DNA of 64,000 nt from Vicugna vicugna (lineage: Eukaryota), in contig MU057375.1 of assembly GCA_013265495.1 (NCBI GenBank), positions 1 to 64,000 on the forward strand. Reading direction: 5' to 3'. Each line of letters opens with the position of its first letter. Position 1 is the stretch's first letter. The notes under the pieces are model-generated. The model was not told where the DNA came from. It searched no databases and worked only from the letters and a program-made list of their open reading frames with translations. This document shows, one piece after another, positions 50,919-63,800 of the stretch. The position numbers and the translations under genes are program-made.

Positions 50919-51938
50919 TCCAGTTAAGATTCTTTTTTAAAATATATTTATTGATTTATAATCATTTTACGATGTTGTGTCAAATTCCAGTGTTCAGCAC
51001 AATTTTTCAGTCATTCATGGACATATACACACTCATTGTCACATTTTTTTCTCTGTGAGCTACCATAACATTTTGTGTATATTCCCCGTGCTATACAGTA
51101 TAATCTTGTTTATCTATCCTGCAATTTTGAAATCCCAGTCTACCCCTTCCCACCCTCCGCCCCCCTGGAAACCACAAGTCTGTATTCTCTGTCTATGAGT
51201 CTATTTCTGTCCTCTATTTATGCTTTGTTTTTGTTTGTTTGTTTTTGTTTTTGTTTTTTAGATTCCACATATGAGCGATCTCATATGGTATTTTTCTTTC
51301 TCTTTCTGGCTTACTTCACTTAGAATGACATTCTCCAGGATCATCCATGTTGCCGCAAATGGCATTATGTTGTCGGTTTTTATGGCTGAGTAGTATTCCA
51401 TTGTATAAATATACCACATCTTCTTTATCCAGTCACCTGTTGATGGACATTTAGGCTGTTTCCATGTTTTGGCTATTGTAAATAGTGCTGCTATGAACAT
51501 TGGGGTGCAGGTGTCATCCTGAAGTAGGGTTGTTCTCCAGAATATATAAGCAGCTCATATGACTCAAAAAAAAAAATTAAACAACCCAATCCAAAAATGG
51601 GCAGAAGACCTAAACAAGCAACTCTCCAAGGAAAACCTGCAAATGATAAAAAGGCACATGAAAAATGCTCAGTATCACTAATTATCAGAGAAATGCAAAT
51701 CAAAACTACAATGAGGTATCACCTCACACCAGTCAGAATGGCCATCACTCAAAAATCCACAAATGACAAATGCTGGAGAAGCTGCGGAGAAAGGGGAACC
51801 CTCCTACACTGCTGGTTTGAATGCAGTTTGGTGCAGCCACTATGGAAAACAGTGTGGAGATTCCTCAAAAGACTAGGAATAGACTTACCGTATGACCCAG
51901 GAATCCCACTCCTGGGCTTGTATCCAGTTAAGATTCTT
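50919..51938. mobile_element. 5'-inverted (twin-primed) L1 with 16-bp TSD
   Basis: TSD tccagttaagattctt at 50919-50934 and 51923-51938. The 3' end is on the minus strand (50935-~51530); the inverted ORF2 segment is on the plus strand (~51535-51927). Confidence 0.93.
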
Positions 51939-52605
51939 GATGGGCTCAGGTTATCACTTTGCACCTCCTTTCCCAAGTAAGATGTAGGTGCTGAGCACAC
52001 TGTCTACATATGGCAAATATTAAATAAATACAGCTAGAATTGGTAAAACTGAAGATTGTTTTAGAAAAAACAACCACCTCTGTTGGCTAAACTCTGTTCA
52101 AATGAAGGATTTATTGACACACTTTTAATTTCTGTGACTACATCTTTGTGTAGTGAGGAGCAAACCAAGAGGATTGAGTCCTGGTTCTGCCAGCAACCCA
52201 CCAGGTACCTTGGGCCAATTACTCCTCTGAGCCTCAGTTTTCCCTCTGTGTATTGGATTTACATCATATAACCCAGAGATTGCTAATCTCTCTTCTCCAG
52301 CTGGGTTATTAGAGTTGGGGTGAACTTGTTCATCGGGTAGGGTTGCTTCCCCAGGACTCTAGGTTGGTGGAGACAGCTTTTGCAGTCCCAGAGGTTATCA
52401 GGGCTTAAAGTGACTGGGTTGGCCAGGATCAATAAGTAATTAAGGACTTGATGGACCCAATAAAGCCCCAATAATAGCCAATGTCCTTGGAACCTGGTAA
52501 TCCCAACTTCAGGTGGCAGAGAGGATTCAAAGATTCTTGCCTAGAGGCAGGGGGCATAGCACCCCAGTGATCTCTGGGCCATCCTCCCAGCTCTAGGAGA
52601 AATGG

Positions 52606-53131
52606 TGTAATAGCGGAGAACAAATCTGACTCTGTATTGGATCTGTTCCTTTAGTTGTAACAACTGTGCCCTGCTTTCTAGGCTCAGTCTTGCTAGCTCT
52701 GAACCTTTTGTGAAACAATGTTACCTTTAGCCTGAAGTAGACAGGGGGGGCCTGTTCTTGGGGCTCTGACCTTTAAGGATGTTAGCGCTTCTGCACTTAA
52801 GTGAAGATGGCAGGTTGCAAAATAGAGAATAAACTTTGTTTTGTTGGAGGTTTACAGGGGAACCATGCCCTGGCCCACGTGGACAGCAGCAAGAACAAAG
52901 AATCCCTGCAGCAAGAAGTTTGCAAGGACCAACCACACACCCTCCCTTGTTTTTCTGTATAAAAAGAGCCTGTATTCTGACTAGAGCAGGATGATTCTCC
53001 AAGACATTAGTCTGCCTTCCTCTGGTTCTGCTGACTTTCTGAATAAAGTGACTATTCCTTGCCCCAACACCTCATCTCCCAATTTATCACCCTGTCATGC
53101 TGTGAGTAGAACAAGTTTGGACTTGACAACA
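52606..53131 (+). mobile_element. Solo ERV1-like LTR (526 bp), same family as 49217-49750
   Basis: tgtaatag...gacaaca flanked by a perfect 4-bp TSD (atgg); TATAAAAA at 52958 and AATAAA at 53042; reverse-complement similar to the other LTR. Confidence 0.92.
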
Positions 53132-54186
53132 ATGGGACTTGTGCAGAGTGCCCATCTGACTGGTTAAGGGCTCCCTAGTCCTTTCCAGTCTAGCTGGGAA
53201 AGCTGGCTTGACTTGGGAGTGTAGGAGGATGAGTGTTAAGAGATAAGCATCTTGGAATGGTGAAGGACCCCACACCATTGAAGATGGAGAGAAAGGTGGT
53301 ACTCAGGGCAGGAGGTGAGGTTTACTCAGGCCAAGAACTTCCAGAGGAATGCCAACCTGAGTCATAGCCCTCCAGGGCACAAACTAGTGGGATCCACTTC
53401 ATCCAAACTAGAAATTGATAGAAGTCCCCTCAAAACTGTGTTTGTCAGTTGACTTGTTAATATTTGAAAGAGGGTCTTGAGATTGGTCTCACTGTAATCA
53501 TGCTACCTCTACCTAGCATAATAAATATCAAGAAGAAGTTCTAACTGGATTAGAATTATCACATGCCTACTTTACTAACATAATGCAGGGGTCCAAACAA
53601 GTGTCTTTGGGCAATCCCTGCCCCTGTGGCTATTGATCTCAAGTCTGATCCCAAGAGGGTGAATATACTACCATGCTTCTGAGGTGGAGACAGTCCCCAT
53701 AGGAACCAAGCTGTTACATAATGAAACCCACCCTTTATTTCATATCTCTCTACAACTGTTCAGCCAGTGCATGGTAGAATTTTCAGGGAATGAGAATGGA
53801 GACATGGAGTTTTGTAGAACCTGAGTGGGGCATGTTTTACAATTCAAGACCCCTAAAATGGATTTCTTGTGGAAGTGCCTTTGTGTGAGCACTACACACA
53901 CACTCAGCTGCACAGCTCAGCCTCCTGCATGCCTTGTGATTTTTCTCTTTCTGCCCATGGGCCCCTCATCCTGGAAGTCACTGTGCCAGCCCATGCAGCT
54001 CCCTGCTGTTTCTCCAAACCATGTTCTCCTCTCACCTAGACTCCCCCTTCTCAACTGAGTCAGTCCCATCAGTCATTGCAAGAGTTGCCTCACTGCTCTC
54101 CAATCCTGCTCTGGACCCCTCTGCACAGCCTCCTCCCACATCTTTTCAAAGTAAAATTTTCCAGTGTCTTCCGTGGCAGGCAGCTT

Positions 54187-54190
<4 letters not shown>

Positions 54191-54226
<36 letters not shown>
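54191..54226. repeat. (CA)n microsatellite
   Basis: Direct dinucleotide run. Confidence 0.95.
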
Positions 54227-54228
<2 letters not shown>

Positions 54229-56342
54229 TATTTTTCTTTGTCTTCTTGCCTTGGCTGGCTAACCAGCATTCAATACCTGAAAGCCTCCCTTCCTTCTCCC
54301 TTGGTAACCCCCACTTAGAACTGTCACCTCTTCCAGGCAGCCATCCCCTGGCTCTCCATCCCAGGCTGGGTCACATCCCAGGATGTGCCTGTGCATATAT
54401 GCCACTTGGGGTCCTTGATACATCTTTTAATGATCTGTTTAGGTGTCTGCCTCTCTTCTGAGTGGGGAGTTTCAGGAAAACCTCTCTTAATCTCTCACAC
54501 CCAGCACATGGCCCTGATTAAAGCCTGGCCTTGGGGCCAGGCCAATGACAGTGTTAAGAGGTGCTCCTGGGCTTAGGGGAGCAGCTCCTCATAGGAGGCT
54601 CTGCTAGGTGGTCCCAGACCTAGTTTCTACGGAATCCCTGTTCAGGAAGGCTCAGCTCTCTCCCTGAAATCTTGGGTGTTGCCATGAGGAGCCCAGTCTT
54701 TCTTAAACTTATGAAGGTTTGGGGGGGTGAAGGTGGCTATGCATCAGGCTTGTTACCTCCTCCCAGGCTGGAGCCCAAACAGCTTAATGCTACATCTAGT
54801 GGTGGTAGCTGACTAGAGGCAGTCATCCGGTGGTGGAGACAGCCCAGCTCTCTGCTGGCTACAAGATGCTAGCTCTCCACCTGGGCTCATGTGTAAAGGC
54901 TTCATGCAGTGTAGGAGTCTGAGCATGCTGGCCCCTTGGAAGGCTCTTCATGTCCAGGCGCCAAGGTCAGGGATGCACTGGTTTCCAGCCATGAATTGGG
55001 CTTCAGAGTCTGAGCCTACTGCCTGAATCCAGGCTGAGCTGTGGGCAGAGGGATGGGGGATGGACACCCACCAAGGTCCATGGGGCCAGCTAGGGTTCAA
55101 GCCCACAGCCAAGGCTCTGCTCTGGAATGTTTGGCCATGGCGAGTCCCCCTTGACTCCCTGTCAGCCAAGGGAGGCTGAAGAGGGATTCAAGGAGGTGAG
55201 CTGCCCAACTGGAAAAATGTGAGGAGCTGACTTTCTGTGAAATAGACTGCACCAGGAGCTGACATGGAGTGAAAAAACATTTTATTCTATTGCCGCAAGG
55301 TGGTGTTTGCGCTCCGGGGTGCACTTGTCCTGCTTTTATCTCTTTTCTGCCTGCACATGCTGTGTTCATTTCTTTGTTCATGAGGCTTACATAACACCAC
55401 TAGCTCATGGGTACTTCTACTTTATTTTTTCTAAAACTTATATAAGTGCGTATGCATACAAACATCATTTACCTTATACTACAAGCATGTTGTTGTGGCC
55501 TTGGCCTTGAGTCCCACGACCTACTCATTCAAGGTCACTAACATTCCCCTTGTATCCCAATGCCTGGCTCAGTGTCCCTCCCCATCTTTCTCCCAGCTGT
55601 CCTTGGCCAGGCTCCATGAAGTGCTCTCTGCCCAGGGCACGGGGTCACGGCATGAGATACTCAGCAGCTGAGGTCAGCAGGCACCAGGGTCTCTAGGAAC
55701 CTCTGAAATCAGTCCAAGGCCAATACTTTTTTCATCCTCTTGTCCCTGGTGAACACGAGGAGTGAGGCCCCGGGCTGCCAAGTCTCTGAGCGCCGCAGCC
55801 CAGGCAGTTCTCTACCACCCTGCTGGCCTGCCTCCAAGCGTCCCTCCAGCTGGGAGTGAGGGGCACCCAGTGCCCTCTCTGAGCCATGAACAGGAGAGCA
55901 CTACACGGCAAGGTTGAGACCCTGCAGTTACCCGGTTGAGAGGAGGGTAGAGGAAGGGAGTCAGGCAGGTATGGGAGGGGGCATCCTCCACAGTTTGCTC
56001 CTCATGGGGGCTCAGACACACAGTGACCCTGGAGCCACTGTGCCTGCCCAGGCTGCTGCTGCCACAACCTCTGCTGCCTCCAAACAAGCTTCCTGAGCCA
56101 TGGGAAGTGCCCCCACTGCACTGGCCTGGGCTTGGGCTGCCAACAATGCTACAGCCACAACCAGAGTAGGAGCAGGGGCCTGACAGCTGGACTGGGCTGG
56201 GATGGGGTGGGCGCACGACACAGAGGTTGGCATGCAGGGGAAGATGCACTGATGGCCTTGGCTCTCCAGGGGAGCAGCCTGGGACTGCACCCAAACCTGC
56301 GCCTCCCCATTCGGTGCTGCCCTTGGCACACACCCGGGGGAC

Positions 56343-56431
56343 ATGCAAGCACCTGGAAGAGCTAATGCTGTGGCTTCTACCCTTGATATGCCAATGCATG
56401 TCGGTGCAGGCCAACTCCATCATCCACATCG
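56343..56431 (+). pseudogene. GRID1: Degenerate copy of GRID1 (glutamate receptor delta-1) coding exon 1
   Basis: 56353-56431 reads LEELMLWLLPLICQCMSVQANSIIHI(G)|gtgaat versus recalled GRID1 [27 protein letters not shown], ending in a phase-1 donor. Most changes are CpG-type transitions and the start codon is disrupted. Confidence 0.85.
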
Positions 56432-57023
56432 GTGAATGTGGAGGGCAGTGGGGCTGAGGCTGGGTGGAGGCCCCAGTGGCTCACCCGGTGTGCAGAGTCC
56501 AAACATGGCTGTTCCCTGGGCTGAGGGGCTCAGCAGGTGGTTCTCCCCCAAAGGGCTGTGCCACACTGCCTGGCAGAGGAGATGTGCATGGGCCATGCTG
56601 CTGTCCCACTGGTTCTCACTGTTTCCCAGGATTCAAATCCCCACTCGGGGCCCTGAAGCCTCTGCCACCACATAGGGCCCAGGCTTTGAGGAACCTCTGG
56701 CTAGACGCACCTCCAGACCTGTGCCCCTGGCAGGGCTGTTGGCTGGATAGAACTAGCCCTTACCTTCAGTTAGAGCAGCGTGGGATGGGGGCAGACAGGA
56801 CCTGGGGTTTCCCCAACTTGGCAGGGCAGGATCAAAGTGTCACATGCTGCTATGCATGAATGTATGTCAGTGGGTGTTTTCAGCATGTCACTGTGTACAT
56901 GCCTGGCACCGTGTTGGTGTCACTGCAAGAAGGTGTTGGGGTGCGTGGGGCCATCAGAGCCTGTGTTGGTGTACACACTAGTGTCAGCATTTTAGAGTGG
57001 ACAGTGTCTGCCTGTTTCCCTGG

Positions 57024-57045
57024 TGTGTGTGTGTGTATCTCTCAA

Positions 57046-57077
<32 letters not shown>

Positions 57078-57080
57078 TGT
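57024..57080. repeat. Interrupted (TG)n microsatellite
   Basis: Direct dinucleotide runs. Confidence 0.9.
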
Positions 57081-59540
57081 ATCTGTTTGTGGCAACAACA
57101 GCCCAATCCTGGACAGGACAGTCCCAGAGTTTCCCAAGGCCCAAATGTTGGGGGCAGGCAGATGGTCTGGGTGGTGGGAGCCAGGGGAGAAGCCTGAGTA
57201 GTGATGTGTTAGGGGAATGTGTGTGTGTGTGGAGGAGATGAGCAGGATGAGACCAATGGACAGAGAACCAGGAGAGGAAAGAAGAGGAGAGGAGGAGGGG
57301 GCCTGGGGATAAGAAGTGTGGGGGAGTTGGTAACAGCAAGGGAGAAAACCCAGAAAGTTGGGTTGGGTTGGGGGACTAACAATGGTTGCTTTAGGGGAGC
57401 TCCTCTGCAGTAGCTTTTCAGGAAGTTGGGAAAGACCAGCAAGCCCAGAGAAACTGGGGGTTGGGAGCTATGAGAAGGCAGGAATGATGGGACTGATCAG
57501 GCAGGGGTGTGAGGGGCTAGGGGTGTGCTTGGTGTGCTGCAATCCCCAGGAAGAGACCAGGGCCAAGTCTGATTCCCAGTGGTGGGTGGTGGTGGCTCGG
57601 GTCTTGAGATCAGCCTCATGGCTCTGGGTATAGCATGGAAGGGGATCCCCCTCCTCCTGCCCAGCAGCCAGGTCCGGGGGTCATTGGGTCCAGCCCTGGG
57701 ACTGTGGTGAACCTCATGGCCTGAAGAGGAGGGAGAAGTCTGGAGTTGTCCAGGCTGCACAGCCAGGCTCTGATGAGTCTGACTGATCTCAGGTGGAAGT
57801 GCACAGAGTCTGCCAAGGTGGTGCTAAGAATGCAAAGGGCCAGCTGGAGGCCATCCTGGAGGAGCTGTTCATGGTTTAAGAGCAGCACATTCTGAGGAGG
57901 GGCCAAGATGGCAGAGTAGAAGGACACTCATAGCTCAGCGTCTCCCACAAATACACCAAAGCTCACTTCCACGGACCCACCCAGCCAACCGGAGCACCTG
58001 CTGAACTCCAACAGAACATCGCCCTCTTCAAAAGACAAAGACACCACGAATCTGGTAGGAGAATAGGAAAAAAGAAAGAAGAAAAAGCAAAACAGTGCAG
58101 ACCAGTCCTGTGGGGAGGAAGTAACAAAGGAGGAATAACGCTTGTTCACTGGGCCTCTCCCTCTCCAATGGAGAGGTCAGCAGGAAGGAAGGGGAACCTC
58201 CGAGGCTTGGATCTGTACAGATCAGAACTAAGTTAAATGGGCACAGAGGGTCTCTGCTACTCCCAGCCCTAGAGGCAAAGTGGCAGGTGGGGGACAGGAC
58301 AGGCTACCTGAGCCAGGAAGAGGACTGGGGCAGTTGCACTGAGACATCCCCAGGGGAATGCAGGGTGCTATGCGCTGTGGATGAGTGGGTACACAGGGCA
58401 GAAAAACCTGGGCCCTCCATAAAACAACATGGCTGATGTGCCCTGGGGGGGAAGGGTGTATACCCCCATCTCTGAAAACCCACGGAAAGTTTTCAGGGGA
58501 AGAGAGGCAGGCCTTGGGCACAGCCGCCATATCCTCCAGTGCTTAGCATCCAGGTGGGGGCGGGAGCAAAACCTGCATCTGCACCGAAGGGCTTAGCAGC
58601 CTCAAAGGCCAGATGGAGACTTGTCTACAGCCCAAGGCAGATAGAATCCTTCCATCCTGGTCCCTCAGAGAACTTGCTCCACCAAGACAAACAAGGAGCT
58701 GTGTTTTGGCCTGGAGCAAGGACAAGGCTGTTCCTCGGTCTTCCCGGAGCCCACCTGTGGAGCCCCAACCTGAGGCGGAGCACGCAATGGCACAGAGCAG
58801 CAGAGCGACAGGCGCCAGGAGAGGGAGGGTGGCCTCCCGCCCTTCAGGCAGGAACACAGCCCCTGGCCATGGTGCTGGGAGGGGGCGCGACCCGTCCTCC
58901 TACCTGGCCAGTCTGCAACATTTGACTGCGGCAACAGGAGGGGCAGTGACCCGCCCGCCCACAGCAAAGGAGAGCTACACCTGACCCAGTGTTGGGAGAA
59001 GATGCGATCTGCTTGCCGACAGGCACTGGGGGCAGCAAAGTTGAGGGCAACAACGGAGGACCTCTGGAAACAGCAAGCTGAGCTTCCAAAACAGGACAAA
59101 GACAGAAAGACTTCACACTAAAAGCACACAGACTCCAGGAGAACACCGACCCCCCTTTTTTTAAATCTGTTTTTACCTGTTCTATTTTCTATTACCCTCT
59201 TAATTTTTACTTCTTAATTCATTTTTATTTCTCTTGGGTTTTGATGTCCTGTTATTGATTAGACACAGGTTTCAAATACATCTTTTCACTTTTTACCCTT
59301 TTTAAAAAGATTTTAAAAGGATGTCTCAACCCGATTGATATTCTGCTTCAACTCGCTCTTCTATTATTCATTATACACTGTTTTCAAACCTTTTTTCTCC
59401 CTTCTTTTAAAATCATTCTCTCTCTCTCTTTTTTTTTCTTTTTTTCCTAAGTCTTATTCCTAAATAGGCATTAGATAGATAAACTCCTTAAGGACCACAA
59501 TAGATAACTGATACTCCATAAAGCACAGTGCCAGAGAGGT

Positions 59541-60442
59541 ATGAGCAAGATGAAGAAGCAGAGAAACCATTCCCAATTAAAAGAACAAGAGAAATCCCCT
59601 GAAAGAAAGATCAATGAAAAAGACATCGATAACCTACTAGATCAAGATTTCAAAAAAGGAGTGATCAAAGTGCTGAAGGAATTAAAAGAGATAGTGTTTA
59701 GAGGTATAAATATATCAAAAATGAAATTGAGGCTATAAAGAAGAGCCAAGTAGAATGGGTAAACTCATTGACTGAGATGAGGAATGATCTAATAGCTGTG
59801 CTAAGCTGACTAGATAATGCAGTGGAATGAATTAGTGACCTAGAAGACAGGACAATAGAAAGCACCCAATCAGAAGAGCTACAAGAGAAACAAATAAAAA
59901 ATAGTGAAAATAGCATAAAGAGGCATATATGGGGTAATATAAAGTGTGCCAATCTACACATAATAGGGATCCCAGAAGGGGAAGAAAGATCAAAGGGGAT
60001 TGAAAAGGTTTTTGAAGAAATCATGACTGAAAACTTCCCAAACTTAAAGAAAGAATAGGATATCCAAGTACAGGAAGCTCAGAGGGTCCCAAACAAGAAG
60101 AACCCAAATAGACCCACACCAAAACATATAATCAAGATGGCCAGAGTCAAGGATAAAGAAATGATTCTAAAGGCAGCAAGAGAAAAGCAAAAAGTAAGTT
60201 ACAAGGGAACCCCCATAAGGCTCTCAGCTGATTTTTCTACACAAACACTACAGGCCAGAAGGGAGTGGCAAGATATATTCAAAGTCCTGAATGAAAAAAA
60301 GATGCAGCCTAGGATACTTTATCCAGCAAGGCTATCCTTTAGGATAGAAGGAGAGATAAAGAGTTTCACAGAGAAGAAAAAGCTGCAGGAGTTTAGCAAC
60401 ACTAAACCCATGCTAAAAGAAATATTGAAAGGTCTATTCTAA
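59541..60442 (+). pseudogene. L1 ORF1p (disrupted)
   Basis: MSKMKKQRNHSQLKEQEKSPE... and ...ILKAAREKQKVSYKGTPIRLSADFSTQTLQARREWQDIF; broken by frameshifts and stops. Confidence 0.92.
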
Positions 60443-60842
60443 ATAGAAAAGCAGCAGGATGCTATAGAAATGAGAAACTCACAACTGGAAAGGTGTTAAC
60501 TAATGAATTACAAATAAAATAAACATGAAATTATAAAAGAAGACATGCAAATCATTGAGAGTGGGAGAGGGAGGCAGGGAAATATAGAAGATTTTTTTTC
60601 TTTCTTTTAAAAAATTTTTTATCGGTAGGATGGTTTTGAGATCATGTTACTATCAGTTTAATAAAAACAGTTATAGTAATGGGCTAATAGATTTACGAAA
60701 AAGGGTAACCACAAGCCAAAACTTACAAGGGAGTCACAAAAATTAAAATCCATGATAATACAAAGGAAAATTACCAAACCACAAAAGGAAGAAGAAAGGG
60801 ACAAAGAGGAAATACCAAATCAACAGCAGAAATAAGTTCAAA

Positions 60843-63800
60843 ATGGCAATAAACACACATCTATCATTAATTACTGTAAATTTTAATGGACTAAATGCTC
60901 CAGTCAAAAGACATAGAGTGGCAGACTGGATAACAAAGCAAGAACCTTCAATATGCTGCATATAAGAGACCCACTTTAGGGAGAAGGACATATACAGATT
61001 GAGAGTGAAAGGATGGAAAAGGATATTCCATGCAAATGGAAAAGCCAAAAAAGCAGGTGTTGCAGTACTGATTTCAGACAAAATAGACTTTAAAACAAAG
61101 GCCATAAAGAAAGATAAAGAAGGACATTTTATAATGATTGAAGGAGTGATACAAGATGAGGATATTACACTCGTCAATATATATGCACCCAATATAGGAG
61201 CACCTAAGTACATAAAACAATTACTAACAGAGATAAAGGAGGATATTGATGGGAATACAATCATAGTTGGAGATTTTAACACTGCATTAACATCACTGGG
61301 CAGATCTTCCAGACAGAAAATAAAGCAACAGAGAAATTAAATAATACAATAAAAAACCTAGATTTGGTGGATATTTTCAGAGCATTACACCCACAAAAAA
61401 TAGGGTATACATTCTTTTCAAGTGCACATGGAACATTTTCCAGGATTGATCATGTACTTGGGCACAAAAGAAGCCTCAACAACTTTAAGAAGATAGAAAT
61501 TATCTCAAGCATCTTTACTCACCACAATGCCACAAAACTAGAAATCAACAACAGAGAAACAAAGGAGAAAAAAAGAAAAGCATGGAGATTAAACAATATG
61601 TTATTGAAAAAACAATGGATCAATGAGGAAATCAAAGCTGAAATTAAAAAATACCTTGAGACAAATGATAATGAAAGCACAACCACTCAAAACCTATGGA
61701 AAAAAAGAAGAACAATCTCAAACAATTTAACCCACTAGCTGAATGAATTAGAAAAAGAAGAACAAAAAGCCCCAAAAGGCAGCAGAGGGAAGGCAATTAT
61801 AAAGATCAGGGAGGAAATAAATACAATAGAGATTAACAAGACCACAGAAAAGATCAACCGAACCAAAAGCTGTTTTTTTGAAAAAGTAAATAAAATTGAT
61901 AACCCTCTGGCAAAACTCACAAACAAGAAAAAAGACAGCACAAATTAGCAAAATAAGAAAGAAAAATGGAGAAATTACAGCAAATAAAATAGAAATACAG
62001 AATACCATACGAGAATATTATGAAAAACTATATGGAACAAAAATGGATAACCTAGAGGAGATGGACAAGTTTCTGGAAACATACTGTCCACCAAGACTGA
62101 ATCAGGGAGAAACTGACCACTTGAACAATCTGATCACTAGAAAGGAAATAGAAACAGCAATTAAAAACCTCCCTACAAATAAAAGTCCAGGGCTGGACCA
62201 CTTCACCAGGGAATTCTACCAAACACACAAAGAAGAACTCATACCAGTCCTTCTCGAACTCTTCCAGACGATTGAAAAGGAGGGAATACTCCCAAATTCA
62301 TTCTATGAAGCCACCATCACCCTGATACCAAAACCAGGCAAAGACACTACCACAAAGGAGAATTATAGGCTAATATCACTGATGAACATGGATGCCAAAA
62401 TCCTCACCAAAATATTAGCAAATAGAATCCAACAACACATAAAAAAGATTAGACATCATGACCAAGTGGGGTTCATCCCAGGGACACAAGGGTGGTTCAA
62501 CATATGCAAATCAATCAAGGTAATACATCACATCAACAAGAGAAAGGACAAAAACCCATGATCATCTCAATCGATGCAGAAAAAGCATTCGATAAAATTC
62601 AACACCTATTTATGATAAAAAACTCTCGCCAAAGTGGGTATAGAGGGAACATATCTCAACATAATAAAAGGTATATATGACAAACCTACAGCCAGCATAG
62701 TACTCAATGGTGAAAAACTCAAAACCTTCCCACTAAAATCTGGGACAAGACAAGGATGCCCACTAACACCACTCCTATTCAACATAGTCCTGGAAGTCCT
62801 AGCCACGGCAACCAGGCAAGGGAGAGAAATAAAAGGTATCCAAATTGGAAAAGGAAAGGTAAAGGTGTCACTATATGCTGATGACATGTTACTATATATT
62901 GAAAACCCTAAAAGTTCCATACAAAAACTACTAGAGCTGGTTAAAGAATCCAGCAAAGTAGCAGGTCACAAGATTAATGTTCAAAAATCAGTTGCATTTT
63001 TTTACAGTAACGATGAATCAACAGAAAAAGAAAGTAAAGAAACAACCCTCTTTAAAATAGCATCCAAAGTAATAAAATACCTAGGAATAAATCTAACCAA
63101 GGAGGTGAAAGAATTATACACAGAAAACTATAAACCATTGATGAAGGAAATTAAAGAAGACTCTAAAAAATGGAAAGATATCCCATGCTCTTGGATTGGA
63201 AGAATAAATATTGTTAAAATGGTCACAATGCCCAAGGCAATCTACAGATTTAATGCAATTCCGTTTCAAATCATACTGGACATATTTCACAGAACTAGAA
63301 CAAATCATAATAAAATTTATATGGAATGATCAAAAGACCTAGAATTGCCAAAGCATTACTGAAGAGAAAGAAAGAGGCGGGAGGAATAACTCTCCCAGAC
63401 TTCAGACAATATAGAGCTACAGTCATCAAGACAGCATGGTATTGGTACAAAAACAGACATATAGACCAATGGAACAGAATAGAGAGCCCAGAAATGAACC
63501 CACAAACTTTCGGTCAACTTATCTTCGACAAAGGAGGCAAGAATATACAATAGAATAAAGACAGTCTCTTCAGCAAATGATGTTGGGAAAACTGGACAGC
63601 AGCATGTAAAACAATGAAGCTAAAACACTCCCTTACACCATATACAAAAATCAACTGAAAATGGATCAAAGACTTAAACACAAGACAAGATACAATAAAA
63701 CTCCTAGAGGAAAACATAGGCAAAACATTATCTGACATACATCTAAAAAATTTTCTCCTAGAAGAAATAAAAGCAAGAATAAACAAATGGGACTTAATGA

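Noticed and set aside
49217..53131. Provirus bounded by two LTRs
   Set aside because: The LTRs are inverted and have separate TSDs; no gag/pol/env lies between them.
55812..56429. 205-aa minus-strand ORF
   Set aside because: Antisense to the GC-rich GRID1 fossil; stop-poor by composition and with no recognisable domain.
56343..56431. Functional GRID1 gene start
   Set aside because: The start is disrupted, there are many substitutions in a normally conserved peptide, and the CpG island has decayed.
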